From: an uncultured bacterium
Lineage (GTDB): Bacteria; Hydrothermota; Tepidihabitantia; Tepidihabitantales; Tepidihabitantaceae
Direction of reading: 5' to 3'
Assembly: GCA_965370805.1 (NCBI GenBank)
Contig: CBDUVZ010000003.1
Coordinates: forward strand, 1-56,338
Length of the DNA stretch: 56,338 bases
The notes under the pieces are model-generated. The model ran no database searches. It worked only from the letters and a program-made list of their open reading frames with translations, and was not told the origin of the DNA. The translations under genes were made by a program, and so were the position numbers. Shown in pieces: positions 17,347-27,262 of this stretch (the first letter of the stretch is position 1; each line of letters begins with the position of its first letter).

Positions 17347-17577
17347 CTACAGGTCAGCCCATTCGTCAGGTGTGACCTTGATGCCGGTGCCGGATTCTAT
17401 CTCCCGGAGTAGCACCCGTAGTTGTGGAACCGAGTACTCGGGATTCCCGGGCAGGGTCAGGGTGTACGAGCCGTGACGCATGAACTGATGCCGGCCGCCA
17501 GGCTCAGGTGCCGAGAATCCGAGCCGCCGCAGCTTCCGGATGAATGCCCTGCGCTTGCAGGGCGACCAGCTACCCAC
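17347..17577 (-). CDS. hicA: HicA-family mRNA interferase toxin
   Basis: 76 aa; AFIRKLRRLGFSAPEPGGRHQFMRHGSYTLTLPGNPEYSVPQLRVLLREIE is typical of YcfA/HicA. Overlaps the upstream hicB by 8 nt. Confidence 0.8.
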   Translation of the reverse strand: MGSWSPCKRRAFIRKLRRLGFSAPEPGGRHQFMRHGSYTLTLPGNPEYSVPQLRVLLREIESGTGIKVTPDEWADL

Positions 17578-17833
17578 GCGCCGATGCGACTCTGCCCCGC
17601 TTGATACCGCGGTTCAGATTGACACGACCGACAACCGGAAGCGCATCCCCGTGGCGCAGCTTGACAATCAGCCAGTCTTCCAGAACCGAACGTAGCTCCT
17701 TCTGACACTCGTACAGCGTTTCGGCAAAGGCAATGGTCCCCGAACACCGTTTGATCTTGCCGGAATAGGTACCGTCAGCGAGCTTCTCGTATGTCGCTGT
17801 TCGCATCGCGGCTTCAATGTATTCCAACAGCAT
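17570..17833 (-). CDS. hicB: HicB-family antitoxin
   Basis: 87 aa; YEKLADGTYSGKIKRCSGTIAFAETLYECQKELRSVLEDWLIVKLRHGDALPVV matches the UPF0150/HicB pattern. Confidence 0.8.
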   Translation of the reverse strand: MLLEYIEAAMRTATYEKLADGTYSGKIKRCSGTIAFAETLYECQKELRSVLEDWLIVKLRHGDALPVVGRVNLNRGIKRGRVASARG

Positions 17834-18058
17834 AGTCTGGTTCAGATTCTAGCCCAACTCAGTATGGTGTCAATGCAGTGCGGAACGGATAGTCTCCCGC
17901 CGTTTGCAGTAGCGGGCTTCCATCTCCTTGTCAAGTGGGGGGTGACTTCCCTGGTGAGTTGGACCGGCAGATACGCCGGGAGTTGCGGCGTCAGGGTTGT
18001 CGGCAGTCAGCCTAGACCTGGCTTGAAGTCACGTCCTGCTCTGTCCGGGCCGGTCCGG

Positions 18059-19642
18059 TCAGCGAATCACGACGAGTCGGTAGTTCACGTCCGGGTCTGC
18101 GTCAGAGACCGCGAAGTAGATGCCGGTTTTGAGTTGGGCGGTTCCTGCCGGGTTTTCGGTTTCCAGGACAAGACGTCCGTCGGGCGAGATGATCCTGACG
18201 TGTCCGGGCAGTTGGAGTGGTGTTCCGGCCCGGATTACGGTCGCGGGCCGTGTGGCAGGGCGCGGGAACGCGGGGCCCGGTTCCGCGATGCCGGTTACGG
18301 CCGCGCCGTACCAGTAGCTCATCTGTCCCGCGGTGGTGTGGTTCGCCGGGATGAGGTAGACCTGCCGGTAGGTGGAGTCGAACCCGGGAACGGTGACAGT
18401 GCCGTACTGCAGCGAGTCGAGCGGGATGGTGTCGAGCAGAATCCTGCCCTGGGCCGTGTCGAGTGCGACGAGGTAGAGCCTGAAGTCGGCCGCGTCGGCG
18501 CCGTCGAATTCCAGTTCGAGATACGTTCCGTTTTCGAAGAGCAGGTACTCGCCGGCCCAGCGATTGAGGCTGCCGTTGCGCGACACCGGGTAGCTGGTGT
18601 GATACCCGGCGACCGAGAAGAACGGGACGTTCTCACCATAGTAGCCGTAGCGGCCGTCGAGAATCGTAGTGTCGTTGATGCGGTTCGTCAGCACCCAGTG
18701 GTCGAATGCCTCCTCGAATCGCACTGCGAGACCGGTGGAATCGAATCCTTCGTTGATACCGGCGATGCTGACCTGGGGCGAGGCGATGATGTTATGGATC
18801 AGGTCGTTCGCGCCGTGTTCCCCGTACTGCTCGTAGAGGAAGAGCGACCAGAGATAGGTTTTGATGTAGTCGGCCCAGGAGCCGGTCCAGCGCGTGAGGT
18901 CGTTGTCGGGCGAACTGGGGAAGCCGGAAATCGCGTCGGGAGCGCCGAAGAGCCACATTGCCAGTTCGCAGTTGCCTTCTTCGACCCAGAGGGACTCGGA
19001 CCGGTCGTAGTTCCACTGGATCATGTGGCCGAATTCGTGGGCCGCGATTGCGATGCGGTAGTCGGTCGTCGGGTCGTTGGGATGGCAGTCGAGGTAGACG
19101 CATTCGATTTCGTTGGAATGGTAGCCCCAGAGCCGCATCGCGGTGGTGTCGTAGTATTCGTCGAAGTGCTGCCAGAACCCGTCGAACTGGTAGCCATGGA
19201 AGGAGCCGATGTTGTAGTAGACGAGATAGATGAGCGAGTCGTTGTCGATTTCGTCGGGCGGTTCGCCGAGCACGGTGGTGTTATGATGCCAGACCCCGTG
19301 GAGCGAATCGCGCGGGCTGGTGTTGTCGAACCGGTCGATAATCCGGGCAACGCCGGCGGAGTCCATTACCCCGGCGTCCCAGGCCGAGTCCTCAACCATG
19401 ACGTAGCAGTGAATACCGGTGCCACGACAGGTGGCGTTGGTCTGGAACTGGACCGGGGGCATGACGGTCATGTTCTGGAGCCAGAGCAGCCGCGTCTCGC
19501 CCAGGCTTGGGGGGTTCGCCGGTTTCCCGGGGCCGGGCAGACGGATTTCTTCCGTGGACCGGAGCCGGCTGAAAACCGGGGTTCCACAGTGCATCGGCGT
19601 CATCTCGGTCTGCGCCACCAGAGTCAGAATCAACAACCACAT
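18059..19642 (-). CDS. Secreted zinc metalloprotease (HExxH) with T9SS-type C-terminal domain
   Basis: Start is the ATG at 19642, 4 nt after AGGAGG (MWLLILTLVAQTE...). Active-site motif AAHEFGHMIQW. C-terminal ...LQLPGHVRIISPDGRLVLETE...TGIYFAVSD...YRLVVIR. Confidence 0.8.
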   Translation of the reverse strand: MWLLILTLVAQTEMTPMHCGTPVFSRLRSTEEIRLPGPGKPANPPSLGETRLLWLQNMTVMPPVQFQTNATCRGTGIHCYVMVEDSAWDAGVMDSAGVARIIDRFDNTSPRDSLHGVWHHNTTVLGEPPDEIDNDSLIYLVYYNIGSFHGYQFDGFWQHFDEYYDTTAMRLWGYHSNEIECVYLDCHPNDPTTDYRIAIAAHEFGHMIQWNYDRSESLWVEEGNCELAMWLFGAPDAISGFPSSPDNDLTRWTGSWADYIKTYLWSLFLYEQYGEHGANDLIHNIIASPQVSIAGINEGFDSTGLAVRFEEAFDHWVLTNRINDTTILDGRYGYYGENVPFFSVAGYHTSYPVSRNGSLNRWAGEYLLFENGTYLELEFDGADAADFRLYLVALDTAQGRILLDTIPLDSLQYGTVTVPGFDSTYRQVYLIPANHTTAGQMSYWYGAAVTGIAEPGPAFPRPATRPATVIRAGTPLQLPGHVRIISPDGRLVLETENPAGTAQLKTGIYFAVSDADPDVNYRLVVIR

Positions 19643-19979
19643 ATCGCCTCCTGTTTCACAATCCTGAGGGCACCGGCGCGGACGCGAGCCAGTGCTGTTT
19701 CCGGCCGACCCGGACCAGCGTCGATGGTCCGGCCGGGTGCTCATAAGATACCGGCCAGAGTCTAGCTCTGGTATTGCCTGACGTCAAACCCGACCGGGTC
19801 TACGTGGTGGACTACTGCTACCAGGTGTATGTGCTGGAGTTCCCGGAGGATGGTGCGTCCGGCTCCGGTCCGTCACCGGCGGCGAGTCGGCAGAATAGCT
19901 GGGGAAGTGGCCGCAGTCGAACGGGCGACAGGAGGAACGCGTTGCCTTCCGGACCGGGTATGTTGCCGGGATGCCCGGG

Positions 19980-20276
19980 CTACTCTTCGCCCAGAACCCG
20001 GTCGACTTTGGCCTGCATCGGCCGGTCTTTGTCGCGGCGGTCGTCGACTTTGATGGTGCTGGTTATCCGGCCGCAGCCTTGCTCAGCCAGGGTATCGTGG
20101 ATCTTCTTGATAGTGGCGAAAATCGTGTCCCAGTCACCCTGGAGGCAGGTGCCCATCGGCGTGACCTGGAACTCCAGACCGCTCTGCTTGATGATGCCAT
20201 AGGCTACCCGGACGTACTTGCTGACACTGGTCGAGCCGGTGCCGAGCGGGACTACGCTGACTTCGACAATCGGCAT
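19980..20276 (-). CDS. MTH1187/YkoF-family (DUF77) protein
   Basis: 98 aa; MPIVEVSVVPLGTGSTSVSKYV...MGTCLQGDWD is a typical family signature. Confidence 0.8.
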   Translation of the reverse strand: MPIVEVSVVPLGTGSTSVSKYVRVAYGIIKQSGLEFQVTPMGTCLQGDWDTIFATIKKIHDTLAEQGCGRITSTIKVDDRRDKDRPMQAKVDRVLGEE

Positions 20277-20278
20277 TT

Positions 20279-20731
20279 CTAAGCCTCGTCTTTGCCGGGT
20301 TGCTGTTCCTCGACGTACGGGCAGTTGCAGGGGATTTCCTTCTTGTCGGGATTCCCTTTGCCCTGCTGTTTTTCAAGGTAGTTGTTGATCGCGGCGTGGA
20401 GCGCGTCGGCTCCGAGGTTGGAGCAATGGAGTTTGTGGGGCGGGAGCCCGCCGAGTTCTTTCGCCACGTCTTCGTCGGTAATCTTCAGGGCCTGCTCCAG
20501 GGTCATGCCTTTCGCCATTTCGGTAATCATCGAGGCCGAAGCGATTGCCGCGCCACACCCGAAAGTCTTGAACTTGATGTCGGTGAGGACGTTGTCTTTG
20601 ACCATGACTTGCAGGGTCATCATGTCGCCGCAGACCGGGCTTCCCACTTCGCCGGCACCGTCCGGGTTCTTGATTTCCCCGACATTGCGAGGATTCCGGA
20701 AATGATCGACTACTTTGTCCGTGTATTGCAT
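20279..20731 (-). CDS. Fe-S cluster assembly scaffold NifU/IscU
   Basis: Start is the ATG at 20731, after GAGGAG. Motifs FRNPRNVG, GSPVCGDMM, FKTFGCGAAIASAS, LPPHKLHCS. Confidence 0.9.
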   Translation of the reverse strand: MQYTDKVVDHFRNPRNVGEIKNPDGAGEVGSPVCGDMMTLQVMVKDNVLTDIKFKTFGCGAAIASASMITEMAKGMTLEQALKITDEDVAKELGGLPPHKLHCSNLGADALHAAINNYLEKQQGKGNPDKKEIPCNCPYVEEQQPGKDEA

Positions 20732-20779
20732 TGTTATCTCCTCATTTGACCGGCATATCGGCAGGCGGGATTCGGACAA

Positions 20780-22537
20780 TCACATCCGGTTCGGGACTTC
20801 GATGCCGAGCAGGCTGAGACCGAGTCTGATTACCGTGCCGGTCATCTCGACCAGGAACAGCCGGGCCTGTCGCAGTTCATTTGTTTCGGCCTTGAGCACC
20901 GGGACTTTGTTGTAGAAAGCGGAGAAGTCCCGGGCGAGACGGAAGAGCCGGCCCGCGATGCGGTGCGGTTCGTACGCTGCAGCCGCGCCGGTGATCGTGT
21001 CCGGGAACCGGGCCAGTTGTTTGAGCAGGGCGAATTCCTCGGGCTGAATCAGCATTGCCGGGCCAATCCCGGCGCTACGGACCCGGGTTCCGTCCGTGTC
21101 CGCCTTCCTGAGAATCGACCGGCACCGGGTGTGGGCGTACTGCAGGTAAGGGGCCGAGTCGCCGTCCAGGGCCAGCATCCGGTCCCAGTCGAAGACCACT
21201 TCTTTGACCCGGGTCTGGGACAGGTCGGCGTACTTGATTGCCCCGATGCCGACGATACGCGCGACTTCGTTTTTTTCCCGGTCCGGCATTTCCCGGTCCG
21301 CGACGACTGCTTTCGCCCGGCGGATTGCTTCCTTGATAACGTCGTCGAGCAGGACCACCCGGCCTTCGCGGGTTGACATCCGGCCTTCGGGCAAACGGAT
21401 GAGACCGAAGTCGACGTGGATGCACGGGGTGTTGTGGCCGAGCAGCTCCAGGGCGATATTGAGTTGTCGGAAGTGCAGTTTCTGTTCGCTGCCGACCACG
21501 TAGAGGATTCGCTCCGGGTTCCAGGTCCGGATGCGGTACTCCGCGGTGGCGATTTCCCGGGTCGGATACAGGCTGGTGCCGTCGGACTTGCGGAGCAGAA
21601 GCGGGGTTTCGATGCCGTGCTCTTTGAGCGGGATGAGGACCACGGTCTCTTCGCCGGTTGAACCGGGCGGTTTCTCCCGACAGGCTGTGCCGTTCTCAAG
21701 GGCCCGGTCGACGAGTTCGTCAAGCCGGTCCGCATAGAAACTCTCGCCCAGGGATTCATCGAACCGGACCCCGAGCAGGTCGTAGACCCGCTGGAATTCG
21801 GTGGCGCTGAGCTTGACGAATTGCTGCCACCGGTCGTGGGCCTCCGGGTCTCCGGTTTCGAGTCGGCGGAACCAGTCCCGGGCCTGGTCTTCCAGGTCAG
21901 GGTCGGACTTGGCCTGCTCATGGAACCGGACGTAGAGCCGGAGCAGGTGGCCGGTCGGGTCTTCGGTGAGTTCCTGTTCGTCGCCCCAGTGGTGGTAGGC
22001 GCAGAGCAGCTTGCCGAACTGGGTGCCCCAGTCGCCGAGATGGTTGTCGCCGACCACCCGGTATTCGAGCCAGGTGAAGATGTTGTGCAGGGCCTGGCCG
22101 ATGACAGTGGAGCGGAGATGGCCGACCGAGAACGGCTTGGCGATGTTCGGTGACGAGTAGTCGATGACGATAGTGCTGCCCTTGCCGCGTTCCGAGCGAC
22201 CGTAGGCTTCCGGTGCCCGTTCGAAGTCGGCGATGACCGAGCGGCCGAAGAGAGCAGGGTCGAAGCTGAAGTTCAGATACCCGCGGACGGGCTGCACCTG
22301 CCGGAAGATGGTGCCGGTCAGGTCGAGCTTCCCGGCCAGTTCCTCGGCCAGTTGCAGCGGATTGCACCTCTGCTTCTTGGCTGCCCGGAACATCGGTACC
22401 GCCAGGTCGGCCTGGATTCCGCTCTCGACGTCACGGATCTCGTCCGGGGAGACGGCGAGGTCATGGCGGCCGAGCAGTTCAACCAACTGGCGCCGGGCCC
22501 GAGCCATGGTGTGTGTCGGTTCAGTTGCAGCGGGCAT
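20780..22537 (-). CDS. argS: Arginine--tRNA ligase
   Basis: 585 aa. Class I aaRS features (YSSPNIAKPFSVGHLRS; MSTREG in the KMSKS position). DALR anticodon-binding C-terminus ending ...GIEVPNRM. Confidence 0.95.
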   Translation of the reverse strand: MPAATEPTHTMARARRQLVELLGRHDLAVSPDEIRDVESGIQADLAVPMFRAAKKQRCNPLQLAEELAGKLDLTGTIFRQVQPVRGYLNFSFDPALFGRSVIADFERAPEAYGRSERGKGSTIVIDYSSPNIAKPFSVGHLRSTVIGQALHNIFTWLEYRVVGDNHLGDWGTQFGKLLCAYHHWGDEQELTEDPTGHLLRLYVRFHEQAKSDPDLEDQARDWFRRLETGDPEAHDRWQQFVKLSATEFQRVYDLLGVRFDESLGESFYADRLDELVDRALENGTACREKPPGSTGEETVVLIPLKEHGIETPLLLRKSDGTSLYPTREIATAEYRIRTWNPERILYVVGSEQKLHFRQLNIALELLGHNTPCIHVDFGLIRLPEGRMSTREGRVVLLDDVIKEAIRRAKAVVADREMPDREKNEVARIVGIGAIKYADLSQTRVKEVVFDWDRMLALDGDSAPYLQYAHTRCRSILRKADTDGTRVRSAGIGPAMLIQPEEFALLKQLARFPDTITGAAAAYEPHRIAGRLFRLARDFSAFYNKVPVLKAETNELRQARLFLVEMTGTVIRLGLSLLGIEVPNRM

Positions 22538-22544
22538 CAGTTAT

Positions 22545-22775
22545 CCTGCCCGAAATGCCGAATGCCGATTGGAGCGAAAACCACGGATAAACACAGACGA
22601 ACACGGAGAAGACAGAATGCAGGGGTGAAGACCGGAGCGAAAGAACTTCGATTTCCGTTCTGCGACGCAGGAGCAGGTGCCATCGGATGGCACTTTCCGC
22701 TACGCTCCAGTCGTTTCCTCGTTCGGCATTTGAAACTCGTCATTCGCAATTGACAATGACGTCCTTTCGGACCCA
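22545..22775. repeat. Composite intercistronic repeat element (copy 1)
   Basis: Between ptsN and argS. Shares gattggagcgaaaaccacKgataaacacRgac... and ttcgatttccRttctgcgacgcaggaRcaggtgccatYggatggc with 27485-27660, in the same orientation. Contains the perfect palindrome gtgccat-cgg-atggcac. Confidence 0.75.
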
Positions 22776-23234
22776 TCACTCATGCCGAGTCAGTATGTCC
22801 AGAACGTCGTCAGCGCTTGCTGCTTTGTTCAGGGCGGTGCGGACTTCGTCTTTGCGCAGGAGCCTCGAAACCCGGGCAAGAGTCATGATGTACTCGGTTT
22901 TCCTGTCCTCGGGTGCCGCAATCAGGAACACCAGGTAGGAGGGCTCGCCGTCCAGGCTGTCGAAGTCGACACCGTGAGCGGAACGTCCGAACGCAAGCGC
23001 CGTTTCCTTTACAGCTTCTGTCCGGGCGTGCGGGATGGCAATGCCCTGACCGATGCCGGTGCTTTCGAGGTTCTCCCGGCGCAGGATTGCGTCGAAGAAG
23101 AGTTTTTCCTCGGTTACGACCCCGCTGTTGATTAGCGGCCGGGACAGTTCCCGAATGACCGCCACTTTGTCTTTGCTGCCGAGACTGAGTAGAATCGCCT
23201 CGCGCGGCAGCAGTTCAGCTATCCTGACCATCAT
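22776..23234 (-). CDS. ptsN: PTS IIA-like nitrogen regulatory protein
   Basis: 152 aa. GIGQGIAIPHAR active-site histidine region; PSYLVFLIAAP. Confidence 0.85.
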   Translation of the reverse strand: MMVRIAELLPREAILLSLGSKDKVAVIRELSRPLINSGVVTEEKLFFDAILRRENLESTGIGQGIAIPHARTEAVKETALAFGRSAHGVDFDSLDGEPSYLVFLIAAPEDRKTEYIMTLARVSRLLRKDEVRTALNKAASADDVLDILTRHE

Positions 23235-23632
23235 ACCTCCCTGGATTCGTTCACGAAAAGAACGGGCGCGGGACTGCGGTTGACCAGTTCGCCGGCGGGT
23301 AGCCGTGGCCGGGAACCGACAACAACCAGTTGGACGTCATAGCTGCGGCCCAGCTCGAGGAGCCGCTCAAGCAGCTTGCCCTGGTCGAGCAGCAGCGATA
23401 CCTTGATTTCCCTGTCGGACGCATCGTCTTCCACTTCGTAGAGGACCTGCCAGGCTTTCTCTTCGATTGCCGCCAGTTGGTCCTCGGCTTCCCGGTCCGA
23501 GCCCGGCGGCCGGTCGTCGATGATGTACGCCGCAATCACCCGGGACTTGAGTTTGCGGGCGAGCGTCAGGGTCCATTCCACCACTGTCTTCGATTCCGGC
23601 GTGTCGTCGACAAGAAGCAGAATCCGTTCCAT
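23231..23632 (-). CDS. Universal stress protein family
   Basis: 133 aa. ILLLVDDTPES...DVQLVVVGSR...SPAPVLFV is the UspA-like pattern. ATGA overlap with ptsN. Confidence 0.75.
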   Translation of the reverse strand: MERILLLVDDTPESKTVVEWTLTLARKLKSRVIAAYIIDDRPPGSDREAEDQLAAIEEKAWQVLYEVEDDASDREIKVSLLLDQGKLLERLLELGRSYDVQLVVVGSRPRLPAGELVNRSPAPVLFVNESREV

Positions 23633-23633
23633 G

Positions 23634-24980
23634 TTACTTCCCGACGCAGAACCGGGCGAATACCCGGTCGAGGATTTCGCCGCTTGCGACGGGTGCGCCC
23701 ATCACTGTGAGGGAATCGAGCGCGGCCCGCAACTCGAAAGCGGAAGTCTCGGCATCGGGCGCGTCGAGGCTGCGCTTCACCGCGTCGCGGCATTGGTTCA
23801 TAGCTTCCAGGCACCGGTTGTTCGCGGCAACGCCGGGGTCTTTGACTCGGAACCGGCGGCCAATCATGGTTCTGAGCCGGGCTATCCCACAGCCGGTGAG
23901 GGCCGAGACGGAAGCGACCGACCGCTTGCGGCCGTTCAGGAATCCCGGGTCGAGGCGGGTCGGCTTGTCGGTCTTGTTGACGACGTGGACTACCGGCAGT
24001 CCGTCGGTGAACTTGAGCACCCGGCGGTCGGCGGCCCGGGCCGGTTCGGAACGGTCGAACACGGACAGGACCAGGTCGGCTTGCCCGAGGGCCTGTCCGG
24101 TCTGCTCCGAAGCGAGTCGGGAGATAACGCCGCCCGAGCGACGGCTGGTGATACCACTGGTGTCGGACAGGCGGACAGGCACGTCGCCGAAAGCGACGGT
24201 GGCTTCGATCCGGTCACGGGTCGTGCCGGGCCGGGATGTTACCAGTGCTCGGTCTGTTTCGAGCAGTCGGTTGAACAGGCTGGACTTGCCGACATTGGGC
24301 CGGCCGATGATGACGACTTCCGCGCCGTCGTGCAGCAGGCGGGCCTTTTCGCCCGAGGTGATGACGCGGTTCAGCCTCCGGATGAACCGCTGCTGCCGGG
24401 GCCGAAGGCCGGGGGAGCGGGGCGTGTCCGATTCATCGAACCCAAGGTGGTATTCGGCCGCGGCGAGCAGTTCGCGCAGTTCTCCGGTCAGGTCTGATAC
24501 CAGTTCCGACAGTCCGCCCTGGTAGCGATGCAACGCGCTGCGGTAGGCCGCCCGGGAACGGGCGTGAATCATGTCCAGCACCGCTTCGGCTTGAGACAGG
24601 GTGAGCTTGCCGGCGAGTACGGCCCGGCGAGTGAACTCACCCGGCTCGGCGAGCCGGCAGCCGTTCTGCTTCAGCAGTTCGATAACTGCCGTCGCGGCCA
24701 CCCGGCCACCATGACACGAGATTTCGGCCATGTTCTCCCCGGTGTACGAACGGGGCTTCCGGAATACCGCGACCATCACCTGGTCGATTCTCCGGCCGGT
24801 TCGGTCCCTGGCCCACGCGAGTCGGACCGTGTTGGAAGCCTGGTGCGACGGCCCGGGTCCTTCAAGCACCGAGTCCAGAACACCCAGGGCTTCTGGTCCC
24901 GACACGCGGACAACAGCGATGCCGCCTACTCCCGGAGGAGTCGTCACAGCGCAGATGGTGTCGGGCGTCGGTCCGGTCAT
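23634..24980 (-). CDS. mnmE: tRNA modification GTPase
   Basis: 448 aa. G-domain motifs GRPNVGKSS and DTSG. C-terminal CVGK tetrapeptide characteristic of MnmE/TrmE. Confidence 0.95.
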   Translation of the reverse strand: MTGPTPDTICAVTTPPGVGGIAVVRVSGPEALGVLDSVLEGPGPSHQASNTVRLAWARDRTGRRIDQVMVAVFRKPRSYTGENMAEISCHGGRVAATAVIELLKQNGCRLAEPGEFTRRAVLAGKLTLSQAEAVLDMIHARSRAAYRSALHRYQGGLSELVSDLTGELRELLAAAEYHLGFDESDTPRSPGLRPRQQRFIRRLNRVITSGEKARLLHDGAEVVIIGRPNVGKSSLFNRLLETDRALVTSRPGTTRDRIEATVAFGDVPVRLSDTSGITSRRSGGVISRLASEQTGQALGQADLVLSVFDRSEPARAADRRVLKFTDGLPVVHVVNKTDKPTRLDPGFLNGRKRSVASVSALTGCGIARLRTMIGRRFRVKDPGVAANNRCLEAMNQCRDAVKRSLDAPDAETSAFELRAALDSLTVMGAPVASGEILDRVFARFCVGK

Positions 24981-25684
24981 CTCGAGGTGAGTGCGATAAT
25001 CACGTTCTTCCTTGTGCCGGTCCCGACCGCGTATACCCGGATGTCTTCCATCGGCTTCAGGGCTTCCCGGACCAGCTCCATTTCCTTCTGAGTGAGCAGG
25101 TCCAGCGCCATCTCCCGATGGGTTTCGAGCACGATGCGGGCAACCGCGGTGGCTTTCTTGCGCAGGAAGTTCTCGCGCCGCAGCCGGTAGCCGCTGACAT
25201 CGACCGCAATCGAAGGAACATTCGGATAGTCCTGCTTGACAATCAGCCGGGTCAGGTGCTGGACCGAACGCAGGGTTTGCCCCCGGCGACCGATCAGCAG
25301 GCCATTGGAACGTTTGGTCTTGATATTCGCATAGTAGCCGTCCGGCCGGAGGGTGATGTCGATTCTCGCCCTGACTCCGATGTAGCCGAGGAGTTTCTGC
25401 AGCACCATGCGGACCAATGTCGCCTCATCCGGCTTCGGTTCCTCGGGCGGCTGTTCCGGTGTCGTTTCCGACGTCGGTTGTTCGCCGGTGTCGTCCGGAT
25501 GCCCGGGTTCCGGATTCGTCATTCGGCCTTCGCCATTCGGCGTTTGCTTGTCGGGCGCGGGGGACGGCGAATCGGTTGCGGGCGGCGCGACGCTGACCGG
25601 CGCCGTTTCTGCGGAAGGCTGTTCTACTTCGGGGGCGGTGCCGCTGCCAGTGACGGCTCCTTCCTCTTTTTGCTCCTGCGCCAT
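24977..25684 (-). CDS. jag: Jag-like KH/R3H RNA-binding protein
   Basis: KH motif LLIGRRGQTLRSVQHL and a C-terminal R3H-like region. The low-complexity N-terminus overlaps yidC by 61 nt, so the true start may be further downstream. Confidence 0.75.
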   Translation of the reverse strand: MAQEQKEEGAVTGSGTAPEVEQPSAETAPVSVAPPATDSPSPAPDKQTPNGEGRMTNPEPGHPDDTGEQPTSETTPEQPPEEPKPDEATLVRMVLQKLLGYIGVRARIDITLRPDGYYANIKTKRSNGLLIGRRGQTLRSVQHLTRLIVKQDYPNVPSIAVDVSGYRLRRENFLRKKATAVARIVLETHREMALDLLTQKEMELVREALKPMEDIRVYAVGTGTRKNVIIALTSR

Positions 25685-27246
25685 AGACTGCCTCCTTTTA
25701 GGCCGAGTATGCTCTCCAGAATCGAGAGTACGTTATAAGTGAACCAGTACAACTGCAATCCGCTGGGGAAATTGAGGAAGATTACAGTTATGAAGATCGG
25801 GAAGATGATAGTCATGGCCCAGTTCTTCTTGTCGGTGGAAGTCAGCATGTTCTGGGCGATGAATGAGACACCCATGAGAATAGGCAGGAGCCCGATGGCC
25901 GGGTTGCCCAGGAAAGGCAGGTGTCCGAAAAGGGTGTCCGGTTGCGACAGGTCTTTGAGCCAGAAGACGAACGTGGCCCCGCGCAGGTCGATGAAAGTCC
26001 GCAGGACCGAGTACAGGGCCCAGAAAACGGGCAGTTGCACCAGCATCGGCAGGCACCCGGAAAGCGGGTTCACCTTGTACAGCTTGTATAACTGCATCGT
26101 CTCCTGGTTGAGGGCCTGGGGATTGTCCTTGTATTTCTTCTTCAACTCCTTCAGTTTCGGCTGGAGGAGTTGCATCTGTCGCATCTGCTTGGTCTGGGTG
26201 CGGGTCAGCGGGAAGAAAACCGCTTTCATCAGTATCGAGAAGACAATGATAGCTACACCCCAGTTGCCGAAAATCTTGTGGAGGAACTTCAGAAGCCAGA
26301 GAATGCCGAGAGCAATCGGTTTGGCCCAGCCGAGGCTGACCGCGCCTTCGAAGCCGAGACCGAAAGTACGGAGCTGGTCGTATTCGAGCGGACCCAGGTA
26401 GATGGTCAGTTCGGTTTCCTGCTCCGGTGAATGGACCGCGGCGCTGAAACCGATTCTACCGTCCCGGAGCGTAACCGAGCGACTGGAGTCAAAACCTTGC
26501 TCCGGCCCGATAACAGCCACGAAGAAGTACTTGGACTTGAGCGCCATCCAGTCGGCCGGCTCGGTGGAGACCCTGGGTTCCTTGAGGCTCTTTGCTGCGA
26601 AGCGCTCGGCTTTCTCTTCAGTCCGGGCGTAGAAGTGGAAGTGAGTGAGGTCGTCCTTGACGTTCTTCTCGGTTACCGCCATGCCGCTGGCTACGTCGAC
26701 CACGAAGCCGTCCGCGCCTTCCACCTTGATGGTCTGGCTGATAGTGTAGTCCTGCTCCAGGGTGAACGTCTTGGTGAGGGACAGGCTCTCGGTCCGGACC
26801 GAGAAGGTGACCGACGAGCCGGTCGCGCGACTGTCCATTACCGTACCGGCAAGGCTCACCGGACCGGCAGCGAGCAGGAGGTCGGTTGAGAACAGGGTCT
26901 TGCCTTGCGGAACCAGTTCGGCCTCGTACTTCTTGAGCCAGGCCGAGCGCAGGGCGCCACCCATACTGGTGAACTCAAGCCGCAGGACGTCGTTCTCAAG
27001 CACCACCGTCGTTTCCGTTGCGGTGGAGTCGATGACGAGCGGTGTGACTCCGGACGGTTCGGGCGTTTTCTCTTCAGGCGGCTCTTCGACCGCAGGGGCG
27101 GGCAGCGTGTCCTTGGTTACCTGCTCGGTCGTATCGACCGGAACGGGCCGCGGTTTCGGTTTGGGTCGGAACGCAACCTGCCAGATGATGAGGATGGCGA
27201 CGATGACTCCGAAGCCGATGACCATCCGAAGTGTATCTCTGTTCAT
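25624..27246 (-). CDS. yidC: Membrane protein insertase
   Basis: 540 aa. N-terminal TM, periplasmic domain, and a conserved 60-kDa insertase core (WGVAIIVFSILMKAVFFPLT...MQLLQPKLKELKKKYKD...NPLSGCLPMLVQLPVFWALY). Confidence 0.95.
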   Translation of the reverse strand: MNRDTLRMVIGFGVIVAILIIWQVAFRPKPKPRPVPVDTTEQVTKDTLPAPAVEEPPEEKTPEPSGVTPLVIDSTATETTVVLENDVLRLEFTSMGGALRSAWLKKYEAELVPQGKTLFSTDLLLAAGPVSLAGTVMDSRATGSSVTFSVRTESLSLTKTFTLEQDYTISQTIKVEGADGFVVDVASGMAVTEKNVKDDLTHFHFYARTEEKAERFAAKSLKEPRVSTEPADWMALKSKYFFVAVIGPEQGFDSSRSVTLRDGRIGFSAAVHSPEQETELTIYLGPLEYDQLRTFGLGFEGAVSLGWAKPIALGILWLLKFLHKIFGNWGVAIIVFSILMKAVFFPLTRTQTKQMRQMQLLQPKLKELKKKYKDNPQALNQETMQLYKLYKVNPLSGCLPMLVQLPVFWALYSVLRTFIDLRGATFVFWLKDLSQPDTLFGHLPFLGNPAIGLLPILMGVSFIAQNMLTSTDKKNWAMTIIFPIFITVIFLNFPSGLQLYWFTYNVLSILESILGLKGGSLWRRSKKRKEPSLAAAPPPK

Positions 27247-27262
27247 CTATTGTCCGTTCTGG

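Noticed and set aside
17864-19765. 633-aa ORF antisense to the HExxH protease. Similar long antisense ORFs occur at 34503-35561, 44011-46005, 49396-50397, 51274-52401, 53793-55082 and 54454-56328.
   Set aside because: Each mirrors a strongly supported gene on the other strand. The sequences are low-complexity (R/G/V/D/P-rich) without motifs. This is the classic high-GC shadow-ORF artefact.
19774-20202. 142-aa plus-strand ORF in the spacer between the protease and the YkoF-like gene
   Set aside because: It overlaps the YkoF-like gene antisense for half its length. Only the first ~25 codons (LPDVKPDRVYVVDYCYQVYVLEF) look protein-like. It is possibly a tiny gene fragment, but support is insufficient.
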